This document shows, piece by piece, positions 10,895 through 21,312 of a DNA stretch of 64,000 nucleotides. The first letter of the stretch is position 1. Each line of letters begins with the position of its first letter. Made by a program: the position numbers and the translations under genes. The stretch lies in the NCBI GenBank assembly GCA_963810095.1, contig CAWEMM010000007.1:416001-480000 (forward strand), written 5' to 3'. Origin of the DNA: an uncultured Chloroflexia bacterium. GTDB lineage: Bacteria > Chloroflexota > Anaerolineae > CG2-30-64-16. Below the pieces are notes generated by a model. It made no database searches. It was not told the DNA's origin and saw only the letters and a program-made list of their open reading frames with translations.

Positions 10895-11386
10895 CTACTG
10901 GTGAACCGGCACGTTGAGGGTGATGTCGCCCGCCTTCTCGAAGCTGAGCGTGATCTCGATCTGCTCGCCTTGCTTCAGCGCCGACGACAGCCCGACGAAC
11001 ATCATGTGCCCGCCGCCCGGTTTGAGTTCCAGCTTGCCCCCGGCCGGCACCTCAAAGCCACCAGCCACGGGGCGCATCTTCATCACGCCGTTTTCTTCGA
11101 TCGTTTCGTGCAGCTCGACCGCTTGCGCCACGGACGTGCGTGCGCCCACCAGCCGGTCGGGCGTTTGGCCTGCGTTACGCACGGTCAGAAACGCGCCGCC
11201 GATGCCCCCTGCCGGCGCGGGCCGGGCATAAATGTCGTCCACCGTCAGCGGCCCCACCGAGCGGCCGGCCGGCGTCGGGCTTCCCGCACACCCGACCAGC
11301 AGCAGGGCGCTTGCCAGCAAGACGACGCACGCGGCAGCAATCGGATGCCAGCCCTCGTACCTTCGCGCTTCGTGCACTTGGCTCAC
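10895..11386 (-). CDS. Copper chaperone PCu(A)C family lipoprotein
   Basis: Lipobox 'LLVGC'; 'VELHET...GVMKMR...LKPGGGHMM' is the H-Xn-M-X22-H-X-M copper motif. Confidence 0.9.
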   Translation of the reverse strand: MSQVHEARRYEGWHPIAAACVVLLASALLLVGCAGSPTPAGRSVGPLTVDDIYARPAPAGGIGGAFLTVRNAGQTPDRLVGARTSVAQAVELHETIEENGVMKMRPVAGGFEVPAGGKLELKPGGGHMMFVGLSSALKQGEQIEITLSFEKAGDITLNVPVHQ

Positions 11387-11430
11387 CTTTCACCGCCAGC
11401 CAGGCCGGCGTCTTCGCGTCCGAAAACTCG

Positions 11431-12021
11431 CTACCGGATCAGGTACTCGAGATCCTTCTGGATGCTGGCGATGTCCGTCCCGTAGGGGTATGACGTGGCC
11501 AGCCGGCCCTTCGGACCGACGAGGTACGTGCGCGCCGTGTGGTCGACCGTGTAGCCTGCGGACGGATTGGCCGGGTCCGTGTACACCTTCTCCGCTACAA
11601 CCCCATACCCTTGCTTGATGGTCTCCAGGTCAATGCTGTTGACATGGATGCCGTTTATGGCGGGGTCGAACGGGGGGATGTATTCCTTGAGCCGGGCGAC
11701 CGTGTCGCGCTCGGGGTCGACGCTCACGTACACAAAGGCCGCTTTGTCTGCCTTTGCGCCCAGGTTCTGGCGCAGCTGCCGCCACTCGGCCAGGGTGGTG
11801 GGACATACGTCGGGGCAATTCGTATAGCCAAAGAACACCAGGACGGGCTTGCCCTCGAGCTGGGAGAGGTTGAACTGGGAGCCATCCCAGTTCAACCCGC
11901 TGATGGCGGGTGCCGTCTGCGGCGGCTGGTAGGGCGTGCCGTGGAGTTCGTAGCCCTTGCACCCGGCCAGAAGAAGGGCGACGAGGGCTATTGCGGCGAG
12001 CAGCTTGACATGCTTATGCAT
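11431..12021 (-). CDS. SCO1/SenC family copper-binding lipoprotein
   Basis: Lipobox 'LLAGC'; 'FFGYTNCPDVCP', 'VSVDPERDT', 'YTVDH' motifs. Confidence 0.95.
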   Translation of the reverse strand: MHKHVKLLAAIALVALLLAGCKGYELHGTPYQPPQTAPAISGLNWDGSQFNLSQLEGKPVLVFFGYTNCPDVCPTTLAEWRQLRQNLGAKADKAAFVYVSVDPERDTVARLKEYIPPFDPAINGIHVNSIDLETIKQGYGVVAEKVYTDPANPSAGYTVDHTARTYLVGPKGRLATSYPYGTDIASIQKDLEYLIR

Positions 12022-12066
12022 CGATCATTTCTCCCGGATAAGTAATGCCGTAAGCCGGCTTGCGGC

Positions 12067-12549
12067 TTACCTGAGCGTGTGATAGGCGCGGTTCCAATAA
12101 ACCAGGGGCGGCTCGTCGGCGTGCGGGACGGAGGAGGCCTGCACCTCTCCGACGTAGATGGTGTGGGTGCCGGCGCGTTTGTGGCAGAACACCGTGCAGT
12201 CGAGCCAGGCCAGCGCGTCCGCAAGCACCGGCGCACCTGTCGCTGCCGTGGTCCACGTACCCAGCGCGAACCGGTCCTCGTCCTTGAGGTAGGCGAAGCG
12301 GTTGGAGAGCTCCTGCTGGTCTTCGCGCAGGATGTTGACCGCAAACGTCGCGCCCTCTTCTCGCAGCAGGTCGTGCGCATGGTGCCGGTGGTCGATGCAC
12401 ACCATGATCAGCGGCGGCTCGGGCGACACGGACGCAAACGCGGATACAGTCAGCCCGTGGACCTCCTGGCCCGACCGGATGGTGACGATGGTGACGCCTG
12501 CCGGGAAATGGCGGAGCGCGTCGCGGAAAGCGTCTGAAGTAATGGACAT
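12067..12549 (-). CDS. Flavin reductase family protein (DIM6/NTAB/HpaC-like)
   Basis: 'FRDALRHFPAGVTIVT', 'SVSPEPPLIMVC', 'AGTHTIYVGEV', 'PLVYWNRAY'. Confidence 0.9.
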   Translation of the reverse strand: MSITSDAFRDALRHFPAGVTIVTIRSGQEVHGLTVSAFASVSPEPPLIMVCIDHRHHAHDLLREEGATFAVNILREDQQELSNRFAYLKDEDRFALGTWTTAATGAPVLADALAWLDCTVFCHKRAGTHTIYVGEVQASSVPHADEPPLVYWNRAYHTLR

Positions 12550-12700
12550 GCAAAGACCTGCGCGAAGCGAACAGAGCAACGCCCCTGTTATACCCGATAA
12601 TGCCGGGGAGTACAAGCACGGTTGACCGCGAAAGGCGGGCTGCCGCGAGCAAGGCGCCCGTTCTTCGCGCCCTGGTGTGTTTGTGGTAAGCTTTTGGCCT

Positions 12701-14065
12701 ATGCTTCGCGAACTCTTCGCCGACCGCAAATTCTATTCCGTCATGCTGAAGATTGCGCTGCCGATTGCGGCGCAGTCGCTCGTCTTTAACCTGCTGAACG
12801 CCGTCGACGTGCTCCTGATTGGCCAGTTGGGCGCGACCTCTGTGGCTGCGGTCGCCCTGTCCAACCAGTGGACCTTCCTCATGAACCTGTTCCTCTTCGG
12901 GACGGGCAGCGGCACGGCCATCTTTACCGCGCAGTTCTGGGGCCGCGAGGATGTGCCAAACCTTCGCAGGGCCGCGGGCATCGGCCTGGGGGTTGGCCTC
13001 GCGGGCAGTGCGCTCTTCACCCTGGTGGGGCTGCTGGCCCCGGCCCAGGTGCTGACCGTTTACACGAATGACCCGGCCGTGGTCATCCTCGGCGCGCCCT
13101 ACCTGCGCATCGTGGCGCTCTCATACGTCTTTACCGCGCTGACCACGCTCTTCGGCATCACGCTACGCACGACCCGCAACGTCAAGCTGCCCGTGGGCGT
13201 GAGCATCGGTGCACTGATTCTGAAGACGGCCCTCTCCTACGTCCTGATCTTCGGTTACCTGGGTTTCCCAAGGTTGGGCATCGAGGGTGCGGCCATCGCA
13301 ACCGTCATCGCCAGGGTGCTGGAGTGCGGGGTGCTGCTGGCCCTGACGTACCGCTGGCGGCTGCCGGCTGCACTTCGGCCGCGCGATCTTCGCGGTCTCG
13401 AGCGGGCCTTTACTCGCACGTTCGCAGTTACGGTCGTTCCGGTGGTGCTCAACGAGTTGTTCTGGGCGCTGGGCACCTCTGTCTACGCCGCGATCTACGC
13501 TCGCATCGGCACTGATTCCATGGCCGCCGTGAACATCGCGAGCACGATCGAGGGGGTCGCACTCGTGCCGTTGTTCGGGGTCGGCAACGCGTGCGCAATC
13601 ATTCTCGGGAACGCGATCGGCGGGGGCGACAGCCCGCTCGCCCGCGACTACTCCCGGAAGTTCCTGGCGCTGGCGATCGCGCTCGGCCTCGGACTGGGCA
13701 CGCTCATCTTCGCGGCGTCCCGCTTCATCCTGGACGCGTATAACATCTCGCCCCAGGCGAAGCTCGACGCGCAGGGGGTGATGACCGTGATGGCCTGCGC
13801 CCTCTGGCTAAAGGCCGCGAACCTGTTGATCGTGGTCGGCATTCTGCGCAGCGGCGGCGACACCAAGTTCAGCCTGGCCATCGACGTCGGTCCCATGTGG
13901 CTCCTGGGCATCCCGCTCGCGCTCCTCGGCGCATTCGTGCTCGATCTGCCCGTCTACACGGTCGTCATGATGGTCTTGGTGGGCGACGAGTTCACCAAGT
14001 TCTGCCTTGGCATGTGGCGCTTCCGCTCGGGCCTCTGGATCCGAAACGTGGTGCAGGCGATCTAG
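12701..14065 (+). CDS. MATE family efflux transporter
   Basis: About 12 TM segments; 'IALPIAAQS...D.LLIGQLG', 'FPRLGIEGAAIATVIAR', 'GILRSGGDTK'. Confidence 0.92.
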   Translation: MLRELFADRKFYSVMLKIALPIAAQSLVFNLLNAVDVLLIGQLGATSVAAVALSNQWTFLMNLFLFGTGSGTAIFTAQFWGREDVPNLRRAAGIGLGVGLAGSALFTLVGLLAPAQVLTVYTNDPAVVILGAPYLRIVALSYVFTALTTLFGITLRTTRNVKLPVGVSIGALILKTALSYVLIFGYLGFPRLGIEGAAIATVIARVLECGVLLALTYRWRLPAALRPRDLRGLERAFTRTFAVTVVPVVLNELFWALGTSVYAAIYARIGTDSMAAVNIASTIEGVALVPLFGVGNACAIILGNAIGGGDSPLARDYSRKFLALAIALGLGLGTLIFAASRFILDAYNISPQAKLDAQGVMTVMACALWLKAANLLIVVGILRSGGDTKFSLAIDVGPMWLLGIPLALLGAFVLDLPVYTVVMMVLVGDEFTKFCLGMWRFRSGLWIRNVVQAI

Positions 14066-14094
14066 GAGCGGCTGCGGCGCACACGTGGCACCTG

Positions 14095-14180
14095 GGCAAG
14101 ACGCTGACGCTGCATGCCTCATATCTACAGGATCTCTGCCTGTCAGGATCACGTAAATCAGTTCGGTCAGCGTCCCGTTC
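14095..14180. repeat. Junction palindrome, family C (degenerate copy)
   Basis: gacgctgac...ggatcacgtaaatcagttcggtcagcgtcccgtt; the right arm matches the other family C copies. Confidence 0.6.
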
Positions 14181-14181
14181 C

Positions 14182-14973
14182 CTACCGCATCTCCTGGCCG
14201 CCGGTGACGTTGAGGGCCTGGCCGGTCATGTAGCTCGACTGGTCAGAGGCGAGGAAGACTACGACGTTGCACACGTCGTCATACGTGCAGCCGCGCTTCA
14301 TGGGCACCTGGTCGACGTACTTCTGGCGCACCTGTTCGGGTGTGAGCCCCTGGTTGCGCGCGTACTGATCGAACAGCGACTGCTGCCACAGCGTGCCGTC
14401 CAGCAGGTTGCCCGGGCAGATCGCATTCACCCGGACGCCCTGCTCGGCCAGCTCCAGCGCCAGCGACTGGGTAAACCCGATGCCGCCGAACTTCGACGCC
14501 GCGTAGGCGGAGTTCTTGAAGCTGCCCTTCTTGCCCGACTTGGAGTTGATCTGGACGATCGCGCCGCTGCCTTGCGCCTTCATGATGCGGGCAGCCTCGC
14601 GGGCGGTCAGATAGTAACCGAACAGGTTGACCATCATCACGGCCTTCCACTTGCCCGCGTCCGACTCGGCCACCTCTTCCGCAATCAGGATGCCCGCGTT
14701 GGAGACGAGGACGTCCACCCGGCCGAATTCCCGGACGCACGCCGCGAACCCCTCGGCCACCGACGCCTCGTCTGTCACGTCCATCCGCACCGCGAGGCTG
14801 CGCTTGCCCGTCTCCGCGCACACCTGCTCGGCCGTTGCCTGCGCCTGCTCGATCTTGACGTCTGCCACAACGACGTCACACCCCTCGCGCGCCAGCCGCA
14901 GGCAGATCGCCTGGCCCAGCCCCTGCGCGCCCCCCGTCACCAGCGCCACTTTGCTCGTGAGTAGTTCTGCCAT
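14182..14973 (-). CDS. Sorbitol-6-phosphate 2-dehydrogenase-like SDR (SrlD/SorD-like polyol-phosphate dehydrogenase)
   Basis: 'VTGGAQGLG', 'QINSKSGKKGSFKNSAYAASKFGGIG', 'VPMKRGC.Y.DV', 'TGQALNVTGGQEM' match the SrlD subfamily; exact substrate uncertain. Confidence 0.85.
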   Translation of the reverse strand: MAELLTSKVALVTGGAQGLGQAICLRLAREGCDVVVADVKIEQAQATAEQVCAETGKRSLAVRMDVTDEASVAEGFAACVREFGRVDVLVSNAGILIAEEVAESDAGKWKAVMMVNLFGYYLTAREAARIMKAQGSGAIVQINSKSGKKGSFKNSAYAASKFGGIGFTQSLALELAEQGVRVNAICPGNLLDGTLWQQSLFDQYARNQGLTPEQVRQKYVDQVPMKRGCTYDDVCNVVVFLASDQSSYMTGQALNVTGGQEMR

Positions 14974-14989
14974 GAGAGAAACCCCTTCT

Positions 14990-15075
14990 GCCACGAATTA
15001 CACGAATTCTCACGAATTTTCAAAGGACCTGCAGAGCAGTTCGTGTCAATTCGTCGAATCCGTCGAATTCGTGGC
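14990..15075. repeat. Junction palindrome, family A (CACGAATT subrepeats)
   Basis: gccacgaattacacgaattctcacgaatt...ttcgtgtcaattcgtcgaatccgtcgaattcgtggc. Confidence 0.85.
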
Positions 15076-15082
15076 GACCTCG

Positions 15083-16869
15083 TCAATCCTTCAGCATGAC
15101 GCGCAGCAACTCGGCTTCGGCCTCGTTGGTCCACTCGCGGCCGTCTTTCAGCTTGGCGTACACGGTGGGCAGCACCGGCTCCAGGTCCATGATCGCGGTC
15201 AGCTGCAGCGGCTTGATGTGCGGGTAGATGACGACCTTGCCGGGATAGACCGTGTCCATCACCGACTTGATGCCGTCCTTCACCGCCTCGAGCGAGCCGA
15301 TCGCCGCCACCGAGCGGTTGGGCGAGAGGACCCCGGTTTCTGCATAGTGCAGCATGAGGCGCAGGTCGTCGATGCTCGACGCCGAGTGCCCGATCACCCG
15401 CACGCCCCGCAAGTACGCGTCCGAGAGGTCTAGGCTGACGAGCGTCCCGCGCCCCACCCCGGCAAATACGTTCATCACCCCGCCGGGCGCCAGCCAGCGT
15501 GCGGAGTCCGCGATCAAGGCGCCGACAGGTGCGAGCACCACGATGTCGTCAAACCCACCGGCGCCGTCCGTGCCGCCCTCAAAGCGTGCCATGCCCGGCC
15601 GCGTAGGCGTCCTTGTTCTGCGGGTTCAGGCAGATGAACTCGACGCCGTTCGCCTCGGCCTCGGCCCGGTAGGTGTCTGCCAGGTCTTGCAGGCGCAAGT
15701 CGCTCACGTCGGTCGAGATAACGACCTTGGGCCCCTCGGCCACCTGCAGCGCCCGCTGCACGTGCATGCGCCCCATCGGCCCGCCTGCACCGACAAACCA
15801 TGCCCGTCCCCCCGGCTTCAGGGTCGACCGCACCGGCGTCTGCAGGTAAGCCGCGGCTGCCGTCTGTGCCCATAGCGCCGACGAACACCCAGCGGTTGTA
15901 GTGCACCCGGCCCACGTCGACGTTCGCCGGCCGGTCGAGCGGCTCGTCGCCCAGCAGCGCGCAGACGCCGAAGTCCGCCAGGTGCGGGCTCACCGTCTCG
16001 ATGAGCTCCGCCGTCGGCCGGAGGAGAATGATGTCGTCGAAGTGATTGGACGCCGGCTTCCCGTCGTAGTTCGTGCGCAGTGCGGCGATTTCGGCGGGAA
16101 TCCGGGGCTGCGCGGGGTCGTCGACCATCACGACGGGCACGCCCAGCTCGGCCGCCCGGGCCTTGATCCAGGTGGCGAAGGCCGGCGGCACATTGCTCAG
16201 GCACACCACGGCCGGGTGCGACTCCGCGTCGAAGCCGCAGCCGATGGTGTACAAGCGGTCTTCGACCTCGGGGCCGCCTGCGATCCACAGGCTGCCGCCC
16301 GGCTTGATCCCGCCGCGATACTTGAGCTCATACGCGGCCGTCACGCACGCCCACGGCTCGGTCAGCGCGCTCTCGGCGTACCCCGTACCCGGCTGGACCG
16401 GAATCAGGTAGTTGCCGTCGTCGCCGTTCAGGATCGTGTCGGTCATCAGCCCGTACTCGGACAGGCCGCCTCGAATCATGTAGCCGTAGGACAGGTTGAT
16501 GCCGTTCTTGAAGATCTCGGCCTGAACGATGAAGCGGTCGCCCGGCCGGTACTGCTCTCGCAGCGCCTCGCCCACCTGCACGACGGTCACGGAAACCTCG
16601 TGGCCCAGCACGACCGGGTCCGTCTGCATGTCTTTGAAGATGCGCGGGTGCTGCTGGCCCAGGCGGATGACTTTCACGTCGGAGAAGCACAGCCCGCACG
16701 CATCATGCCGCACGAGCAATTGGTCCGCCCCAATGGCCGGCAGCGGCGAGTCCAGCGGCTTTCCGTCGACCCCCAGGTTGTCCAGCCCCGCCCCATAAAG
16801 CGGCCAGATGCGGTACGTGTCCTTCTTCGGGGCCTCGCCCCGGCGGTAGGTCTCGAGCTTATCGGTCAT
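15083..16869 (-). CDS. Zn-dependent MDR, L-sorbose-1-phosphate reductase (SorE)-like, with duplicated Rossmann domain; frameshifts near 15860 and 15595
   Basis: 'CGLCFSDVK', 'VLGHE', 'LTEPWACV', 'GAGGPMG', 'GFDDIVV', 'GKVVIYP', 'WTNEAE..LL'. Three ORF fragments join to about 595 aa; AGGAG RBS. Confidence 0.8.
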
Positions 16870-16891
16870 TGTGTTCTCCTGACAGACTTGA

Positions 16892-16965
16892 ACCACGAAG
16901 CCACGAAGACACAAAGTTTCACGAAGACGTCTTGGTGAACCTTCGTGTCTTCGGTTCTTTGTGGT
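16892..16965. repeat. Junction palindrome, family B (CACRAAG subrepeats)
   Basis: accacgaagccacgaagacacaaag...cttcgtgtcttcggttctttgtggt. Confidence 0.85.
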
Positions 16966-17793
16966 GAGCACTACCTGCCGGCAGCAGATCTGCCAGCTGT
17001 CGCAGCGCATACGTCGGGCGGATCGGCGACGTCACCAGGGCCGACTCGGGCGTCGCGCCGGTCAGCGCAAGGGCCGCGTCCATCCCCGCGTTGAGCCCCA
17101 TCAGCACATCCGTTTCCAGCCGGTCGCCCGTCATGATGCACTCGTTCGCGGGCAGGTCGAGCAGGTCGAGCACGGCCTCCACGGTATAGCGCGACGGCTT
17201 GCCCACCACCGCCTCGACCGTCGTCGCCGTGCATGCCTCGATGGCCGCAATCACCGCGGCCGCGTCGGGCTGGCCGCCGCCGGGGACAGGGCAGTACCGG
17301 TCGCCGTTGGTGGCGAAGAAGCGTGCGCCGGCCCGGATCGCGTCAAACGCGGTCTGTAACTTGGCATAATGGAAGGTCCGGTCGAAACTGGCGATGACGG
17401 CGTCCACGTGGGGCGAGTCGACCACGGCGAAGCCCGCCGCGTCGAGTTCCTCCTTCAGCGGTTCCTCGCCCACCACGAAGAGGCGCGCGCCGGGCATGCG
17501 GTGCTGCAGGAAGTTCGCCATGACCAGCGACGAGTGGATGATGTCGCGCTCGGTGACCGCGAGTCCGAGCCCGTTCAGCCGCGTCCACGTATGCCGCCCG
17601 GGTGTGCGTCGGGTTGTTCGAGAGGAAGGCGACGCGGCTGCCCATGGCCCGTAGCGCGGCGATCGTGTCCCCAACCGTCGGAAGCAGGCTGTCCCCGAGA
17701 TACGTGGTGCCGTCGAGGTCGAAGATGTAGCCCCGGTACAGCGCGGCGAGCGCGGGTGGGGATGCCGTGAATCAGTGCAGGTGTCGTTGGCAT
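16919..17793 (-). CDS. HAD-IIA sugar-phosphate phosphatase (NagD/AraL-like); frameshifts near 17755 and 17585
   Basis: 'YIFDLDGTTY', 'FLSNN', 'ATNGDR', 'VVGKPS', 'MTGDRLETDV' across the fragments. Confidence 0.85.
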
Positions 17794-17834
17794 AGACTCA
17801 GTCGCGACAGGGAATCCACGATGAAGGTACTTTC

Positions 17835-17863
17835 ATTATACTGCGATACGAAAGCAAACGCAA
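17835..17863 (-). promoter_or_regulatory. Sigma70-type promoter for the HAD-SorE-SrlD genes
   Basis: Minus strand TTGCGT-N17-TATAAT about 40 bp upstream of the HAD start. Confidence 0.6.
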
Positions 17864-17868
17864 GTTGA

Positions 17869-19124
17869 CTAAAGCCCCAGGTAATGCGCGAGCTTCTTGC
17901 CGGTAAAGCGCGGCCGGTAGTAGTGGCCCACGGCCAGGCCTTGCCGGTACTCATCTTCTGTCAGCCCCAACGCTTCGGGCGTCGTTGCGCCCCCCAGCTT
18001 CTCCAGCCATCCGCGCACCTCGCCCGCGGGTGGCACCTGGGCGAACACTCGCGCAGGTCGTCCCAGCGCGCCACAATGCGGTCGCGGAGCGCCGCGTACT
18101 GCTCGTCCGACATGCCGAGGAAGGGCTGTTGGATCGCGATCACCTGGTCGGCCAAGGGGCCGTAGCCTGCGCGGATGACCGCCTCTTCTCCTGCTTGCTG
18201 CCACCGCCGTACCTTCAGCCGCGCCTCGACCTCCTGCTTCGAGAGGGAACGCAGGGACTCGTACACGCCCGCGCTCGCCAGCACCGCCACGCCGACCTTT
18301 GCCCCGTGGAACACCGAGTGGCGGCCCTCGCGCAGCAGCTTCATCTCCCAGAAGTGCGACACGTGGTGCTCGTAGCCCGATGCCGGCCGCGTCTCGCCAA
18401 AGTCGAGCATGCAGAAGCCGGATTCGATCAGCCCGGCGAGGAGGGCTTCGACGCCGTCGCACTCGGCCGCGGCCAACTCGTCCAGCTTTGCCACGCTGTC
18501 GAGCACGGCTTGCCGGGCGCGGCGGGCAATCTCGGCGTCGAACGGCTCGTCCCACACGAGGTGCCCGATCTCCCAATCCGCCACCGAGGTCAGCTTGGCG
18601 ATCAGGTCGCCGAAGCCCGCCGCGGTCAGCGCCCGGGGCGCGGCGCAAAGCGTCGGCAGGTGTGCGATGACCGCCAGCGGTCCCTGGCAGACCACGGTGA
18701 CCTTGGCGCCGTCCAGGATCATCGGCGCGCCGATGGAGGTGTAGCCATCCACCGATGCCGCGGTGGGCAGCGAGATGAAGTCGGAGTTCGAGCGGTGGCT
18801 TGTGAAGCGGGCGACGTCGGTGACGGTGCCCGACCCGACGGCGACGAAGGTGCGCGGGGCCTTGTCCAGCGCCATCAGCACCTGGTAGACCGACTGCGCG
18901 TCCGCGCCGATGTCGTCACCCTGCAGGATGGCCGTGCGAACGTCCAGCCCGGCCGCCACGAGCGCTTCTTCGGCCGCCCGCCCCAGGGCCTCGTAGGTGT
19001 TCGGGTCGGCCACGAGCGCGAGCGAGCGCAGTCCGCGCTCGGCGCAGAAAGCGGTCAGGTTGGCTAGTGCGTCGCCCCCAATGTAGACGGGCAGATGGGC
19101 GGGAGCGGTCGTGTCTTGATGCAT
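17869..19124 (-). CDS. sn-glycerol-1-phosphate dehydrogenase family (AraM/EgsA-like); frameshift near 18040
   Basis: 'VAVGSGTVTDVAR', 'PTAASVDGYTS', 'AGFGDLIAK', 'RPASGYEHHVSHFWE', 'HGAKVG' metal/NAD motifs. Confidence 0.9.
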
Positions 19125-19166
19125 TTCGGGCGCCTCCTGAGCAGATAGTGGCAGTGTAGCACCTTA

Positions 19167-19180
19167 TGAAATCGTTGCCA
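19167..19180. promoter_or_regulatory. Putative LacI-family operator in the divergent promoter region
   Basis: TGAAATCGTTGCCA has 11/14 identity with TGGAATCGTTATCA upstream of the LacI gene and a central CG typical of LacI sites. A TATAAT lies at 19232-19237. Confidence 0.5.
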
Positions 19181-19314
19181 ATTGTCGGCCCGTTTTGTGT
19201 CCTGAACTACACAACGGTGCGTCCCTTGCACTATAATTCCATTGTCTTCCGATCCGGCGCCCACCGCTGCGTGCCCCTCTTCCGTGTTTGCGGCTCAGAT
19301 AAGGAGTAAGGCGA

Positions 19315-20273
19315 ATGGCCCTGGCCCAGGAACGTCTCCTAGAGATTTACCGCATGATGCTGTTGATCCGCCGCTTCGAAGAGCGCGCGACGCAGTACTT
19401 TCTGAACGGCCAGATCCGCGGGTCGTTCCACCCCTGCATCGGCCAGGAGGCTACTGCGGTTGGCGCGGTCTTCGCACTGCGGCGCGACGACTATCTCCTC
19501 TGCACCTACCGCGGCCACGGTCACTCGCTGGCGAAGGGACTGGACCCTAAAGAGGCCATGGCCGAGTTGCTGGGCAAGCGCACGGGCTGCAGCAAGGGCA
19601 AAGGGTCCTCCATGCATTTCACCGATCCCCGCGTCGGGCTGCTGGGCGAGAACGCGATCGTCGGGGCGGGCGTTCCGATCGCGGCCGGCGCGGCCCTGCG
19701 GGCGCAGCTCGACCACACCGGCCAGGTCGCCATGACCGTCTTCGGCGACGGCGCGCTGAATCAGGGTTCGCTCCTCGAGGCCCTCAACCTCGCGGCGGTC
19801 TGGAAGCTCCCACTGGTGATCGTCTGCGAGAACAACCTCTACTCTGAAATGACTCCGATTCGCGACATGGTCGCACACGACCGGTTGCTCGACCGCGCGG
19901 CCGGGTTCGGCATCCCCGCGGTGGTTGCCGACGGATATGACCCGGTGGCGATGCTCGCAACGACGCAAGCCGCCGTCGACCGCGCCCGAGTGGCGCGGGC
20001 CCCCAGTTCATCGAGGCCATGACTTACCGGCTGGTTGGCCACATGGTGGGCGACTCTGAGCCGTACCGCACCAAGGAAGAGGTGGGTCAGTGGCGCGCAA
20101 AGGACCCCGTCGCCCGGTTCCCCGAGCGCCTGGTGGCCGAGTTCGGGGCGCCTGAGGCCGTCGTGGACCAGGTGAAGGAGTCCGTCGAAGCCGAGCTTGC
20201 CGAGATCACCCGCTTCGCCGAGGAGAGCCCTTGGCCTGAGCCGGAAGAAGCCTTCGAAGACGTGTGGGCATGA
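19315..20273 (+). CDS. TPP-dependent dehydrogenase E1 alpha subunit (acetoin/pyruvate dehydrogenase-like); frameshift near 19990
   Basis: 'GQEA', 'YRGHGH', 'GSSMH', TPP motif 'FGDGA..QG...ENN', 'TYR..GH..GD..YR'. Confidence 0.92.
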
Positions 20274-20280
20274 AAGGCCG

Positions 20281-20360
20281 AATGGCACGCAGATCCGCCT
20301 GATTCGACATGATTCTTTACGAGACAAGATCAGGAAGATCAGTTCGATCAGCGGGCCGTT
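20281..20360. repeat. Junction palindrome, family C
   Basis: aatggcacgcagat...tgat...tgat...aagatcaggaagatcagttcgatcagcgggccgtt. Confidence 0.8.
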
Positions 20361-20375
20361 CCGTTGGAGGACGCG

Positions 20376-21218
20376 ATGATTATCGACACGCACCAGCACT
20401 TGTGGGACCTGGACCGGGTGGCGTACCCCTGGCTGCTGCCCGAATTTGGGCCGATCGCGCGCACGTTCGTGCCTGCCGACCTCGAGCCGCAGTTGGCCGC
20501 CGCGGGCGTAACTCACACGGTCCTCGTCCAGTCGGCCAACAGCTACGCGGACACCGAGTACATGTTCGAGCAGGCGGCGCTGCACCCGTGGGTGACCGGG
20601 GTAGTCGGCTGGGCGCCGCTGCTCTATCCCGACGTCGCGGCCCGGGCCTTCGATCGTTTCGGCGCGAACCCCCTGTTTGCCGGCATCCGCCACCTCATCC
20701 ATAACGAGGCCGACCCGCACTGGCTGCTGCAGGACCGGGTGATCGAGAGCCTCAAGCTGCTGGCGGCCCGCGGGCTGACTTTCGACGTGGTCGCCACGCT
20801 GCACGAGCACCTGGCGTGCATTCCGATGCTGAGCGAACGCGTGCCGGGCCTGAAGATGGTCATCGACCACCTGGGCCAGCCGCCCATTTCGAGCGGGACG
20901 CTCGGCCAGTGGGGCGAGGATGTGCGGGCGGCTGCGCAGAACCCGAACGTATACGCCAAGATTTCCGGGCTGGGCACGGCCAGCGGCCTGCCCGACACCT
21001 GGAGCGCCGGCGACATTCGCCCCTACCTCGACTTCGTGCTCGAAGTTTTCGGGCCCGAGCGCTGCATGACCGGCGGCGACTGGCCCGTCTGCGTGCTGGC
21101 CGGCGGGTATGAAAAGGCGTGGCGCACCTACCGGGAGGCATACGCAGCTTACGGCGCGGATGTCCAGGACCAACTCTTGTACAAAACCGCCATCGCATTT
21201 TACGGACTGAAGAGATAA
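20376..21218 (+). CDS. Amidohydrolase_2 family, L-fuconolactonase-like sugar lactonase
   Basis: 'IIDTHQHLW', 'VLVQ', 'GIRH', 'VIDHLGQP', 'NVYAKISG', 'FGPERCM.GGDWPV'; GGAGG RBS. Confidence 0.88.
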   Translation: MIIDTHQHLWDLDRVAYPWLLPEFGPIARTFVPADLEPQLAAAGVTHTVLVQSANSYADTEYMFEQAALHPWVTGVVGWAPLLYPDVAARAFDRFGANPLFAGIRHLIHNEADPHWLLQDRVIESLKLLAARGLTFDVVATLHEHLACIPMLSERVPGLKMVIDHLGQPPISSGTLGQWGEDVRAAAQNPNVYAKISGLGTASGLPDTWSAGDIRPYLDFVLEVFGPERCMTGGDWPVCVLAGGYEKAWRTYREAYAAYGADVQDQLLYKTAIAFYGLKR

Positions 21219-21286
21219 CAGAAAGCACCGAAGAACAGAAGGCGCGAAAGGCTTTGCGAATCTTTGGTTCTTCGATTCTTCCTGTG
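21217..21286. repeat. Junction palindrome, family B-like (degenerate)
   Basis: acagaaagcaccgaagaacagaag...ctttggttcttcgattcttcctgt. Confidence 0.6.
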
Positions 21287-21312
21287 CCATCAGAGTCTCG
21301 GGAAGGTCTTAC

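Noticed and set aside
10895-12021. SCO + PCuAC pair as a novel system
   Set aside because: A well-known copper delivery pair for CuA/heme-copper oxidases.
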